A stretch of 64,000 bases of DNA from a virus (taxonomy: Duplodnaviria > Caudoviricetes): positions 1 through 64,000 of the IMG/VR virus record IMGVR_UViG_642973577_000001. One strand, given 5' to 3'. The translations under genes were made by a program, and so were the position numbers. Shown piece by piece: positions 27,585-36,600 of this stretch. Below the pieces are notes generated by a model, which had not been told where the DNA came from, did not search any database, and saw only the letters and a list, made by a program, of their open reading frames with translations. Position 1 is the first letter of the stretch. Each line of letters starts with the position of its first letter.

Positions 27585-27884
27585 ATGAAGATGCACAAGG
27601 TCGCGGTCTACGGCAACCGGGTCGCGGGACCGTTCGACGATCGGACCGCCGACATGTTCTTGGTCGACCAGTTCGAGATCCCCAACGTCGGCAGTACGAT
27701 CGCCGCGCTGGAGTACGTCGTCGGTCAGATCAACAACCGCTCCTCGGCCAAGTTCGTCGCCCCGGCGTTCGAGCAGCTGGGACGCAACATCCGGGCGGGC
27801 GACGTCATCAACCTGGACCACCAGGACTACGTGGTCGTGGCCACGCTCCAGGGTCAGCCCCGGTTCGAGGAGTACAAGGGATGA
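27585..27884 (+). CDS. Hypothetical protein
   Basis: AGGAAGG RBS after CCACCCACC. Confidence 0.7.
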   Translation: MKMHKVAVYGNRVAGPFDDRTADMFLVDQFEIPNVGSTIAALEYVVGQINNRSSAKFVAPAFEQLGRNIRAGDVINLDHQDYVVVATLQGQPRFEEYKG

Positions 27885-28273
27885 ACAAGCTCTCCACTCG
27901 GCGCATCGCTGGCCTAGCGGCCTGTGCGACCCTCGGGGCGGCGCTGGCGGCTACGGTCGTCGCGCCCCCCGAGGCGGGAGCGTCCATGAGCCACGTGGTC
28001 ACCACCTACGTTCAGTGGAACGGGGTGGAGTGCCTGCCGTACGTCTTCGCCGACCGCTACAACGACCTCTACCCGGCCAGCGCCTGCAACGCCGTCCACC
28101 GCCTGGAGGTCAACGAGACCGCGTTCTCCGGCGACATCGTGGGCGTCGACCCGATCATGGGCGCGAACCTGTGGCTGGCCTGCCAGGTCTACATCGACCA
28201 CCAGTTGGCGTTCAGCGACTCGGGCACCGCCGGAGACGGCACCGACATCAACTGCCTGAGGAGGCTCAACTGA
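27881..28273 (+). CDS. Secreted protein, MmpS-like C-terminus
   Basis: Signal peptide; ACQVYID...C. Confidence 0.55.
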   Translation: MNKLSTRRIAGLAACATLGAALAATVVAPPEAGASMSHVVTTYVQWNGVECLPYVFADRYNDLYPASACNAVHRLEVNETAFSGDIVGVDPIMGANLWLACQVYIDHQLAFSDSGTAGDGTDINCLRRLN

Positions 28274-28641
28274 TGGGGTACATCCAGGACATCCCCTGGG
28301 AGGAGGCCGAGGACCTGCTGGGCCACCTGGAGGAAGCTCAGAAGAAGGGCGCGAACACCGCCATCACGATCGGCAGCTTCATGAACCACCTGCGCGAGCG
28401 TGCGCGTGAGGGACAGCTGGCCGACCAGAAGCGACAGAAGCGGATCGAGACGCTGCAGCGCCACGTCATCGAGGGCATGAGCCTGGCCGACTACGGCAGC
28501 CAGGTCAAGAAGCTCCCGTACGAGCACATCGCCCTGGACATCGCCGTCTACCTGCTCAGCGTCTTCAACATGGAGTTCAAGGACATGAAGGGCGGTCCCG
28601 CGTTCGGTGAGGTGGTCACCGACTCCAGCGACTACCAGTGA
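28273..28641 (+). CDS. Hypothetical protein
   Basis: TGATG overlap. Confidence 0.7.
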   Translation: MGYIQDIPWEEAEDLLGHLEEAQKKGANTAITIGSFMNHLRERAREGQLADQKRQKRIETLQRHVIEGMSLADYGSQVKKLPYEHIALDIAVYLLSVFNMEFKDMKGGPAFGEVVTDSSDYQ

Positions 28642-28678
28642 CCCTGCTGTGGGGGTTCCCGGAGCCAGGAATAGGTGA
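28642..28678 (+). promoter_or_regulatory. Putative late promoter
   Basis: CCCTG-N22-GAATAGGTGA. Confidence 0.65.
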
Positions 28679-28703
28679 AGAACCAGCTCCTGGAGGTGCC
28701 TTC

Positions 28704-29006
28704 GTGAAGAAGAAGACCATCTACGTCCAGCTGTTCGGCGGAGAGCAGGACGGGTTCGAGGCCGAACTCGAACTCGATCACGGCTCCCGCTGGCCCGACA
28801 TGTTCTACGTCTACCCCGTGTGCCGTACCGGCGAGATCAAGGACGCACGCGACCCGGAGTTGCAGAAGCTGCTCGTCGACAATCTGTCGATCCTGGCCTA
28901 TGAGTTCCACAGCGCCGACCCTCGTGACGGCGTGCGCGGAGGCAAGATCTACCGGTACCGTCGCTGCGAGTCCGCCGACAAGGCACTCACCGACCCTGCT
29001 GTATAG
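28704..29006 (+). CDS. Hypothetical protein
   Basis: GGAGG RBS. Confidence 0.7.
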   Translation: MKKKTIYVQLFGGEQDGFEAELELDHGSRWPDMFYVYPVCRTGEIKDARDPELQKLLVDNLSILAYEFHSADPRDGVRGGKIYRYRRCESADKALTDPAV

Positions 29007-29030
29007 ACCTCAGCCGCCCTGAATGGGTAG
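28994..29030 (+). promoter_or_regulatory. Putative late promoter
   Basis: CCCTG-N22-GAATGGGTAG. Confidence 0.65.
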
Positions 29031-29038
29031 GAGGTCTC

Positions 29039-29482
29039 ATGTTCAAGAACGCAGAGCGCGATCCGCTGGCTGTCCCCATGCCAGCTCAGCGCAGCAGTGT
29101 GGGTCCCCGGCGTCAGTCCACGGCTGCACGCCTGGCCGCTATCCAGCAGGTCGAGTCGCGTCCGCAGCCACGTACGGCGGCGGTTCAGGCTCCGCCAGTG
29201 CCTCCGGTGATGGCCCTGCCATCCAAGGTCGCTCGTCGGCTCCAGTTCGAGGCCCAGGAGTTCCTGGCCCAGGATCACGGGTGCGACGACCGCTCAGAGC
29301 TTCTGTACCGGGCGGAACGTCATGCCCGTACGCAAACCTCCACGTGGACGCCGGAGGCCTCTCAGAGGGCCACGCAGGCGTTCGTTGCGAGGGTGGCAGA
29401 GCTGATCCCCAACCGCCCGACCAAGGTGGCGGCTGCTCAGTCCCCGGCGTTCGAGGACTTTGACGATCAGCTCCTCTACTAG
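29039..29482 (+). CDS. Putative virion/head-associated protein
   Basis: Late motif, AGGAGG RBS, several R/K-x-A motifs, acidic C-terminus. Confidence 0.65.
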   Translation: MFKNAERDPLAVPMPAQRSSVGPRRQSTAARLAAIQQVESRPQPRTAAVQAPPVPPVMALPSKVARRLQFEAQEFLAQDHGCDDRSELLYRAERHARTQTSTWTPEASQRATQAFVARVAELIPNRPTKVAAAQSPAFEDFDDQLLY

Positions 29483-29490
29483 GAGGGGTA

Positions 29491-29721
29491 GTGGCGAAGT
29501 GGAAGAACCCGCTGGCAAGCGCGAAGCCGACTACGGTCGGCCTCTTCCTGCTGGTGTGTTTGTGGGCGCTGTTCCAATGGCGGGACCCAACGCCACCACC
29601 GGTTCTGGACCAGATCCTGGTGGCGTCCTTCGGCGTCTGGTTCGCCAATGAGGCGATCGACAAGAAGAACAGTGGCAAGAAGGACGACGAGTCCGCCGAC
29701 GACGACGATGGAGGCGGGTGA
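29491..29721 (+). CDS. Two-TM membrane protein (holin-like)
   Basis: Two hydrophobic helices and a charged C-terminal tail. Confidence 0.55.
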   Translation: MAKWKNPLASAKPTTVGLFLLVCLWALFQWRDPTPPPVLDQILVASFGVWFANEAIDKKNSGKKDDESADDDDGGG

Positions 29722-29726
29722 CGCCC

Positions 29727-29865
29727 ATGTGGCAGGACACCCTGAACCTGGTTAGCGGGTTCTGGTCCCCTTACACCCCCCCTGAGCTTCTTCTCGGGCA
29801 TTGGGGTGCATCACCTCTACTGCAAGTACTGGCGCGACCGCGACGACGACGAGAAGGATTGCTGA
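29727..29865 (+). pseudogene. Small membrane protein gene split by a +1 shift at a C7 run
   Basis: Coding bias moves to the +1 frame at 29776-29782. Confidence 0.5.
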
Positions 29866-30303
29866 GTGTTCACCAAGAAGGAAGACGGCACCTACCGGTT
29901 CAGCACCCGGTTCTGGGTCTACACCACGATCGCGACCCTGATCATCTGCTGGATCGGCTGGCGCACGCAGGACACGGCCAACCGCGTCGAGAACCAGGTG
30001 ACCACCAACACCGCGTTCGCGACAGCCACCAACGACTGCCTCCAGCAGGTCATCGACGTGCTCACCACCCGCGTGGGTTACAGCGACGAGATCGCCAAGC
30101 TGGAGGCGAGGCGCGACGGTGCGCTGGACAAGCTGATCGCCGACCTGGCGACCAGTCAGGGCGATCCGGGCCTGAACATGACGGCGCTCAACGAGTACCG
30201 GGCCACCATCGCCGACGTCAACACCGACCAGGATGAGCTGGCTACCCAGCGCGAGAAGAACCAGTACCCGAACTGCACGCAGCTGCCTCCGCAGCTGCCG
30301 TAG
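29866..30303 (+). CDS. Membrane-anchored coiled-coil protein (spanin-like)
   Basis: N-terminal TM, coiled coil, two Cys. Confidence 0.6.
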   Translation: MFTKKEDGTYRFSTRFWVYTTIATLIICWIGWRTQDTANRVENQVTTNTAFATATNDCLQQVIDVLTTRVGYSDEIAKLEARRDGALDKLIADLATSQGDPGLNMTALNEYRATIADVNTDQDELATQREKNQYPNCTQLPPQLP

Positions 30304-30337
30304 CCTGAGGGCACACCTACCGAAGGAGATCACCACC

Positions 30338-30700
30338 GTGACCGCGCCAACCAACATCCCCGCAGGCTTCCTGGGCATCAACCTGGGCGACCTGGACCCC
30401 GGCAAGCTCATCGGCGATCTGCTGCCGAAGCCGATCGCCGAGGCCATCCGCGACGTCACCAACGTCATCATCGACCCGAAGGACGACACCTACGTCGAGG
30501 GGCAGCCGCAGCCCGAGGGCGAGCGTCCGATCCCGACGACCGATCCGCAGGAGCTGAACGCCGCCGTCAAGGCCATCGACGCGGTGACCAGCGCCATCGC
30601 GATCGTGCTCAAGTTCGGCTTCATCGTCCCGGACGACGCCGAGGAGATCCTGCGCAAGGTCTCCGGCGCGCTCAAGACGATTCGGGGCTGGCTCGACTAG
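30338..30700 (+). CDS. Hypothetical protein
   Basis: AAGGAG RBS. Confidence 0.7.
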   Translation: MTAPTNIPAGFLGINLGDLDPGKLIGDLLPKPIAEAIRDVTNVIIDPKDDTYVEGQPQPEGERPIPTTDPQELNAAVKAIDAVTSAIAIVLKFGFIVPDDAEEILRKVSGALKTIRGWLD

Positions 30701-30773
30701 TCCTTGTGGCATGATGGGGGACCGGACACCATATCTTGGGTCCGGTCCCTCTATCTGCTAGAATAGGAAGACC

Positions 30774-31019
30774 ATGCCCGCGACTCTCTACAGCAAGCCC
30801 AACTGCCCCGGCTGCAGCCTCTCCGAGAAGGTCCTGACCAAGGAGGGCATCCCGTTCGAGAAGGTCGACATCACCGTCGATCAGGACGCCTACAAGCACG
30901 TGACCGAGGTCCTCGGCTACAGCGCCGCGCCGGTCATCCAGTGGGAGAACTCCGAGGGCACCGTCGGCGGGCATTTCAGCGGGTTCGATCCCGACAAGAT
31001 CCGAGCAATCCAGAGGTAG
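30774..31019 (+). CDS. nrdH: NrdH-like glutaredoxin
   Basis: YSKPNCPGC, APV, FSGFDPDKI; TGCTAGAAT promoter upstream. Confidence 0.9.
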   Translation: MPATLYSKPNCPGCSLSEKVLTKEGIPFEKVDITVDQDAYKHVTEVLGYSAAPVIQWENSEGTVGGHFSGFDPDKIRAIQR

Positions 31020-31021
31020 CC

Positions 31022-32374
31022 ATGACGTGGGGTGAGGTCGAGACCGGGCGCGATCGGTTCCTGGAGCGGCAGGCCATTGAGCAGCCGTGGCCGAACAACC
31101 GGTTCAACCCGGACCCGACCGACCCCTACGGCGAGCACTTCAACCCCGACCGTCCTCGGCTCAACCAGTTCCCGAGCGACTACGACTACGCCGACCACAG
31201 GCCGCTGCCGCACCCGTCTGATCCCGACGACGAGTGGACCGAGCTGAACACGGCCTGGCCGCGCACCCAGGAGCCGCACACGCTCTACCGGGGCATGCGC
31301 ATCGACCTGGACCACCCGATGTGGGCCAACCACCCGGACGTGCACGGTATGAAGCAGGTGTTGTTCGGCGAGCAGGCTCCCGGCGGCATGTTCGACGCCC
31401 AGGGCGTCCAGGGCACCAAGTACCCGCACCCGCAGTCGCCGGAGGGCAAGAAGTTCTCCGACCACCTGCTCAACTTCATGGAGGACGTCGGCCAGAACGT
31501 CCACAAGTACCGCGAGGACTACACCGACCAGAACGCCGACACCCGCGTCGACTTCACTAAGGTCCACGACAAGGCCGACCCGACCTGGCTCGGTCGGCAC
31601 TGGACCACCAACCCCGACGTCGCCGAAGACTTCGCGTTCCCCGGCCACGACGCCAAGCCCGCCAGCCGTGGCCTGAGCGTGATGCTCAGCGCCGACTGGG
31701 ACGGTCGCGGCGAGGACGTCGGACGGTCCAACGCCGGAGGCAGCTGGAAGGACGAGCAGGAGATCAACCTGCAGCCCGGTGCTGGCCTCAAGGTCCACGG
31801 CCTGGGCATCCGCCACCACGACGACTGGGACGACATGTACCAGGGCGAGCAGTGGCACAACGTCCTGCACACCCCGCAGATGCGATCGGCCAGCCTGCGC
31901 CGTCGTCCGCTGGCCATGGCCGACTACGACGAGTACGCGGGCCATCACCAGTCGCCTGGCCCGGAGACCGGCTGGCCTGCCTGGGACATGGCGGGCAAGC
32001 ACGGCACGTTTGGCGAGGACTTCGGCGGCGTGCCCGAGGACTGGTACACCCACCCGCACTACTACTCGGCGGGCGAGACCAGCAAGGGCGACCTGCGGCG
32101 CACCCAGAAGATCTACAACGACATGCACGGCAAGCCCGACCACCTGGTGGACGTCTACCGGGCGCTGCCGAGCCAGCACGCCACCCACTTCAACACGGGC
32201 GACTGGATCACCCACAGCCCCGAGTACGCCCAGCAGCACGCCGACAGCCAGGGCGACGGCACCTGGAGCGTCATGCGCGCCCAGGTCCCGGCCAAGCACC
32301 TGTACCACAACGGCGACAGCTACTACGAGATGGGCTATCACGGCCCGAAGGTGCCGGGGGTTGTGCACCCCTAG
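31022..32374 (+). CDS. Protein with two ADP-ribosyltransferase-like domains
   Basis: Domain 1 LYRG...HWTT...EQE; domain 2 VYRA...GDWIT..PEYA...E. Confidence 0.6.
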   Translation: MTWGEVETGRDRFLERQAIEQPWPNNRFNPDPTDPYGEHFNPDRPRLNQFPSDYDYADHRPLPHPSDPDDEWTELNTAWPRTQEPHTLYRGMRIDLDHPMWANHPDVHGMKQVLFGEQAPGGMFDAQGVQGTKYPHPQSPEGKKFSDHLLNFMEDVGQNVHKYREDYTDQNADTRVDFTKVHDKADPTWLGRHWTTNPDVAEDFAFPGHDAKPASRGLSVMLSADWDGRGEDVGRSNAGGSWKDEQEINLQPGAGLKVHGLGIRHHDDWDDMYQGEQWHNVLHTPQMRSASLRRRPLAMADYDEYAGHHQSPGPETGWPAWDMAGKHGTFGEDFGGVPEDWYTHPHYYSAGETSKGDLRRTQKIYNDMHGKPDHLVDVYRALPSQHATHFNTGDWITHSPEYAQQHADSQGDGTWSVMRAQVPAKHLYHNGDSYYEMGYHGPKVPGVVHP

Positions 32375-32465
32375 ATCGACCTGCTACAGTCGATCCCATG
32401 TTCGCACTCCTGAGTTTGTCATCCTCCCTACGACTTTCGTAGGTTGAGGGCGCTTGCCCTCTCCT

Positions 32466-32547
32466 GGAGGGTGAGTATCAGGTGATACAGCGAGATTGCT
32501 AATCCCGTACGGCTCATACCCGTGAGGTTCAAGTCCTCCTCCCTCCG
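32466..32547 (+). tRNA. tRNA-Ser(GCT)
   Basis: Cloverleaf; loop TT-GCT-AA; TTCAAGT T-loop; G73; no encoded CCA. Confidence 0.85.
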
Positions 32548-32562
32548 CGCAGCAGTACCGAT

Positions 32563-32645
32563 GGAAGATACCGCTAAGTGGCTGGCAACCGGCGTCGAAT
32601 ACCGGGGCGGGGTAACTCCTGGGGGTTCGATTCCTCTATCTTCCG
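32563..32645 (+). tRNA. tRNA-Ser(CGA)
   Basis: GGAAGAT/ATCTTCC acceptor; loop GT-CGA-AT; long variable arm; no CCA. Confidence 0.85.
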
Positions 32646-32661
32646 CGCAACAACTGAACAC

Positions 32662-32736
32662 GCCCCCGTGGGCAAATTGGCAAAGTCGCTGCACTCAGAC
32701 TGCAGAGTTTTCCGGGTTCGAGTCCCGGCGGGGGTA
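32662..32736 (+). tRNA. tRNA-Leu(CAG), short variable arm
   Basis: CTGCA-CT-CAG-AC-TGCAG; A73; no CCA. Confidence 0.9.
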
Positions 32737-32798
32737 CGTCGCACAATAGGTCCGTTATCGGACCCTTTGTGTTAATCGTCCCAGTTCAGGGGCGGTAT

Positions 32799-32871
32799 GG
32801 ACCGGTAGCCCAAAGGCAGAGGCAGCACGTTGAGGACGTGTCCAGTGCGGGTTCGACTCCCGCTCGGTCTA
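32799..32871 (+). tRNA. tRNA-Leu(GAG), short variable arm
   Basis: GCACG-TT-GAG-GA-CGTGT; A73; no CCA. Confidence 0.88.
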
Positions 32872-32872
32872 C

Positions 32873-32954
32873 GCTCCAGTGGCGTAATGGCAGCCGCGCC
32901 GCACTCAAAATGCGGTGTCCGTAGGACGTGCGAGTTCGAGTCTCGCCTGGAGTA
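32873..32954 (+). tRNA. tRNA-Leu(CAA)
   Basis: CCGCA-CT-CAA-AA-TGCGG; long variable arm; no CCA. Confidence 0.92.
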
Positions 32955-33035
32955 CGCAAACCCTGTAGTATGGCTATAGTGAGATCCATAGTTGACAGGG
33001 CCGCACGGCCTCGTGCTACAGTCGGAGGCGTGTAG

Positions 33036-33392
33036 GTGACAAGAGAGTCCAACCCCGACAAGCTGTATATCGCTGTCCGGGCCGACATCGCCCCCGGTCT
33101 CCAGACCGCGCAGGCGTGCCACGCAGCCTTCCAGTTCTACCACGAGCACCCCGAGCTGACTCGTGAGTGGATTCGCACCTCGAACTTCATCGTCATCGTG
33201 AACGTGGAGAACGAGGAGCAACTCATCACCCTGGCCACCGACGCCCGTCTGGGCGAGGGCCTTGCCGTCTCGATGGTGAACGAGCCGGATCTGGGCGACG
33301 AGTACACCGCAATCGCGATCGAGGCCGGTGAGACGGCCTCGGCGCTGTGCGCCAGCTTCCCGCTGTGCCTGCGGAACGCATTCACCTACTGA
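33036..33392 (+). CDS. Pth2-like (PTRHD1-type) peptidyl-tRNA hydrolase family protein
   Basis: LYIAVRADI, AQACHAA, EPDLG..TAIAI; TTGACA...TGCTACAGT promoter upstream. Confidence 0.8.
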   Translation: MTRESNPDKLYIAVRADIAPGLQTAQACHAAFQFYHEHPELTREWIRTSNFIVIVNVENEEQLITLATDARLGEGLAVSMVNEPDLGDEYTAIAIEAGETASALCASFPLCLRNAFTY

Positions 33393-33396
33393 GCTT

Positions 33397-33430
33397 GTCG
33401 GGGGAGGGGTCAAAGCCTCCCCCGGCACCA
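33397..33430 (+). ncRNA. tRNA minihelix 1 (34 nt, ACCA end)
   Basis: 11-bp stem, loop GGTCAAAG, 3' ACCA. Confidence 0.75.
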
Positions 33431-33431
33431 G

Positions 33432-33485
33432 CGGGGCGACCGGTGTGAGGCCGGTCTGGAGGTTCGAGTCCTCCCGCCCCGACCA
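33432..33485 (+). ncRNA. D-armless tRNA-like RNA (54 nt, ACCA end)
   Basis: CGGGGCG/CGCCCCG acceptor, 5-bp arm with 7-nt loop TGTGAGG, canonical T-arm, ACCA. Confidence 0.75.
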
Positions 33486-33486
33486 T

Positions 33487-33520
33487 GCCCCGGCTGGGGT
33501 CAAAGCCAGCCGGGGCACCA
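33487..33520 (+). ncRNA. tRNA minihelix 2 (34 nt, ACCA end)
   Basis: Perfect 11-bp stem, same loop GGTCAAAG, 3' ACCA. Confidence 0.75.
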
Positions 33521-33521
33521 A

Positions 33522-33592
33522 GCGAGATTGGTCTGGTGACCTAGCGAGCTTCTAAACCTCGCGATCGACCGGTTCGACTCCGGTATCTCGCG
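33522..33592 (+). tRNA. tRNA with CTA anticodon (Pyl-like/amber)
   Basis: GCGAGAT/ATCTCGC acceptor, 1-nt linker, minimal D-arm, loop TT-CTA-AA, G73. Confidence 0.75.
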
Positions 33593-33595
33593 CAA

Positions 33596-33632
33596 CACTG
33601 TAGAAGCCCTCAGTAGCTTCCAGAAGAGGTGA
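33596..33632 (+). promoter_or_regulatory. Putative late promoter
   Basis: CACTG-N22-GAAGAGGTGA. Confidence 0.6.
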
Positions 33633-33660
33633 CACACCATCTACTGGAAGTAGGCAGGGA

Positions 33661-36600
33661 ATGAGTGACTTCGGACTGTTCGAGGCGGATACAGACGCCC
33701 AGCAGGCACCGCAGCGGCAGCAGCGTCAGGCAGCCAACAAGCTGGCCAACGCCATCTACGACGTCCGGGACCAGTACGGGCCGTTCCTGATGGGCAGCAC
33801 CGGCAAGGACGAGTTCGAGGATCGCTGGCACCACGCCAAGACCGACATCCGCAAGACCGTCGAGGCCGCTGGCGCGTTCCCCAACACCGGAGTCATGCGC
33901 CGCATCCACAACGCGATGAAGCGCGAGTTCGTGGCCACTCTCGGCGACGACAACAGCGACGACCCGACCAAGAAGCCGAAGGACGACGGCGACAAGGCCC
34001 GGACGATCAACGACTCGCAGTACAAGAAGGTCCAGGACGGCGATCCGAGCGTCAAGGACGACGTGAAGACCAACACCGGAGACGGCTCTGACGCCGAAGG
34101 CCGTAATCCGTCGTCGACCACTGGCCCGCAGGGTGACCCCCGTGACTCCGGCCCGGAGCGCAAGAAGAGTAGCCGTCGCCACGCTGCGGGCGAGAACGGT
34201 GACGAGGGTCCTTTCGGGTCTGACCCCAGGAAGTGCAGCCATGAGAACAGTGAACCGCTGGGCAATGGCCAGAAGGAGTGCTACGACTGCGGCGAGATCG
34301 TCAAGACCGGACGCCGCTACGCCGAGAACTTCGACGGCGACCTGGTGCCCAAGGGCAACTTCGACGCCTACCTGGACTCGGTGGACAACGGCGGACCGGA
34401 GAAGGTCCAGCGCAACTTCACCGACGGCGACGACAGCGGCGAGGACAAGCCGTCCAGCCGCGAGGCCCGTCGGCTGGCCGTGGACCTGTACAAGGACTTC
34501 GCCGAGGCCAACGGCCTGCGCGAGGCCAAGCTGTCGACGCTGGACCACTACGCCGACACCGGCATCGACGACTCCACCTACTTCATGCTCGCGAACCTCA
34601 TCCGCCAGGCGGACGAGAACTGCGACTGCGACGATGACGAGGACACCGACGGTCCTGGCGGCTCGGACAGCGACAGCGACGGTCCGCCGAAGGGTGCCGC
34701 CGAGAAGGGTGGCGAGTCGTCGTCGGATGACGACAGCGAGGACGACGGTGGCTCGGACAGCGATTCGGGTGACGACGACGCACCAGAGTCCGACGGAGGT
34801 TCGGATGATGGTGGCGAGAACCCGTTCGCGGAGAGCGACTCGGATTCGGATGCGCCTTCGGAGGACGCCGGTCCTTCGGCGGACGATGCGGGACCGGCTG
34901 GTGATCCTCAGGCTCCGCCTGGCCCACCTGACCTCGGTCCTGAGGACGGCGGCGATCCTGCTGGGCTGGAAGCCCCGCCCGGACCGCCGTCGCTGGACGA
35001 CGCGCCGCCGCTCGCGCAGGACGACTTCTCGGGTGTCGACGAGCTGACCCCCGACGCCGCTGGCCAGCTGCCACCGGACACCGAGCTGGTGCAGGTCGAG
35101 CAGATCGAGGACGCCCTGGGCCTGCCTCCGGGCACCCTGGAGCAGCTGCTGGCCGACAGCATCGCGCACGGCGGTCCGCCACAGCCACACGGCGCAGGAC
35201 CCGTCGCGAGCCGCAGGTACGTGGCTTTCGGAGAAGGGGCTGACCCGGCTGCCGGGGGTCAGGCTGTAGCTCCGGCTGCCCCCGCACCGGCTGCCGCGCC
35301 CGCTCCGGCCATGCCAGGCCCGGACGACGGCGCTCTCCTGGACCAGGCCAGCCAGGCTGTGACCAACCTGGTGGACCAGAAGACCCAGGAGTACCAGACC
35401 ATCATCGACCCGCTGCAGCAGGCGCTGCAGGCGATTCAGTTCGCCCAGCAGGTCGAGCAGGCAGCCAACCCGCTGGACGTCACCCCGCCTGAGGGCACGG
35501 TCGACGTCAACCCGCAGTCTGCGGTCGACCCGGCTGCCGAGGCCCAGGCCGCGAGCATCCAGGCACCGGCACCACAGACGTCGGCTGGTCCGCCGCCTCC
35601 GGGACCGGGAGGAATGCCCGCGCCTGCTCCGGCACCAGCCGGTGGTGACAGCGGTGGCTCCAGCGAGTCCGACAGCGGCGAGAAGAAGGAGTCGTCGCGT
35701 CAGCTCGATCTGCGCCGCCACGCCTTCAAGCTGGCCCAGTACTGGGGTCTGAGCGAGCAGGGCTACCAGACGGTCCTGGCCGCGATGAGCCGCAAGCACT
35801 ACCAGCACGTGGCCGAGGCCATCCAGACGCTGCCGCCGGAGCACCGGATGGGCATCGCCGCCAGCCTGGCCGACATGTTCAGCACCGATAACGTGCGGTT
35901 CAACACCGGCCAGTTCATGGCCAGCGCGGGCGTGCCGATGGGCGCGGATGCCATCCACATGGCCAAGAGCACTGACGACTTCCATACCTACAACGATCGC
36001 GGTGGAGAACCCGGCGACTACGAGCGCAACAACCGGGGCTATAGCGACGTCGGTAACGGTATGGTCCAGGACTGGGAGACCGGCGAGGTCTACCCGCATC
36101 CGGGCAAGAAGGCCAGGGTGGCTGCCAACCCCGCCGACCGTGCCGGTGACCGCTGGCGCGACGGCAAGGACCGGGCCTCGGCGGACGCCGAGGAGTACGA
36201 CACCGACCCAGACAACTGGGAGGAGCGCGAGGCCGCACGCCTCGGACTCCGGCAGGGGAGCCGCCGCCCTTTCGTCATTAGGTCGAGGACGACGGGAGGT
36301 GGACGCACGGCTGGAGAGACCTGGAAGCCGCCGGGTGGGGGTCAAGCTCTCGATGCGTTCGAGTTCCCCGGCCAGGGCGAGAAGGCCGAGTTCAGCGACA
36401 ACATGAAGATCAACGACCTGCCTGGCCAGAAGGCCAAGTCGGCGGGCGTGGTCGAGGACTTCCAGCGGTTCGACAAGCGTCGCGCCGAGCAGGGTCTCAA
36501 CGTCGGCGGTGAGGGCGAGGTCGACTCCTTCCTGCAGAACAAGAAGGTCGGCCCACGCGCCCAGGACAAGCTGCACGAGGAGATCGGTCTACAGCCGCAC

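Noticed and set aside
33397-33485. Reading 33397-33485 as one ordinary tRNA (e.g. with a CCA anticodon)
   Set aside because: The 3' acceptor strand CGCCCCG pairs perfectly with 33432-33438, and 33397-33426 forms its own 11-bp hairpin that is duplicated at 33487
33397-33520. CRISPR mini-array or intrinsic terminators
   Set aside because: Only the loop and ACCA are repeated, the stems differ, there are no U-tracts and no cas genes
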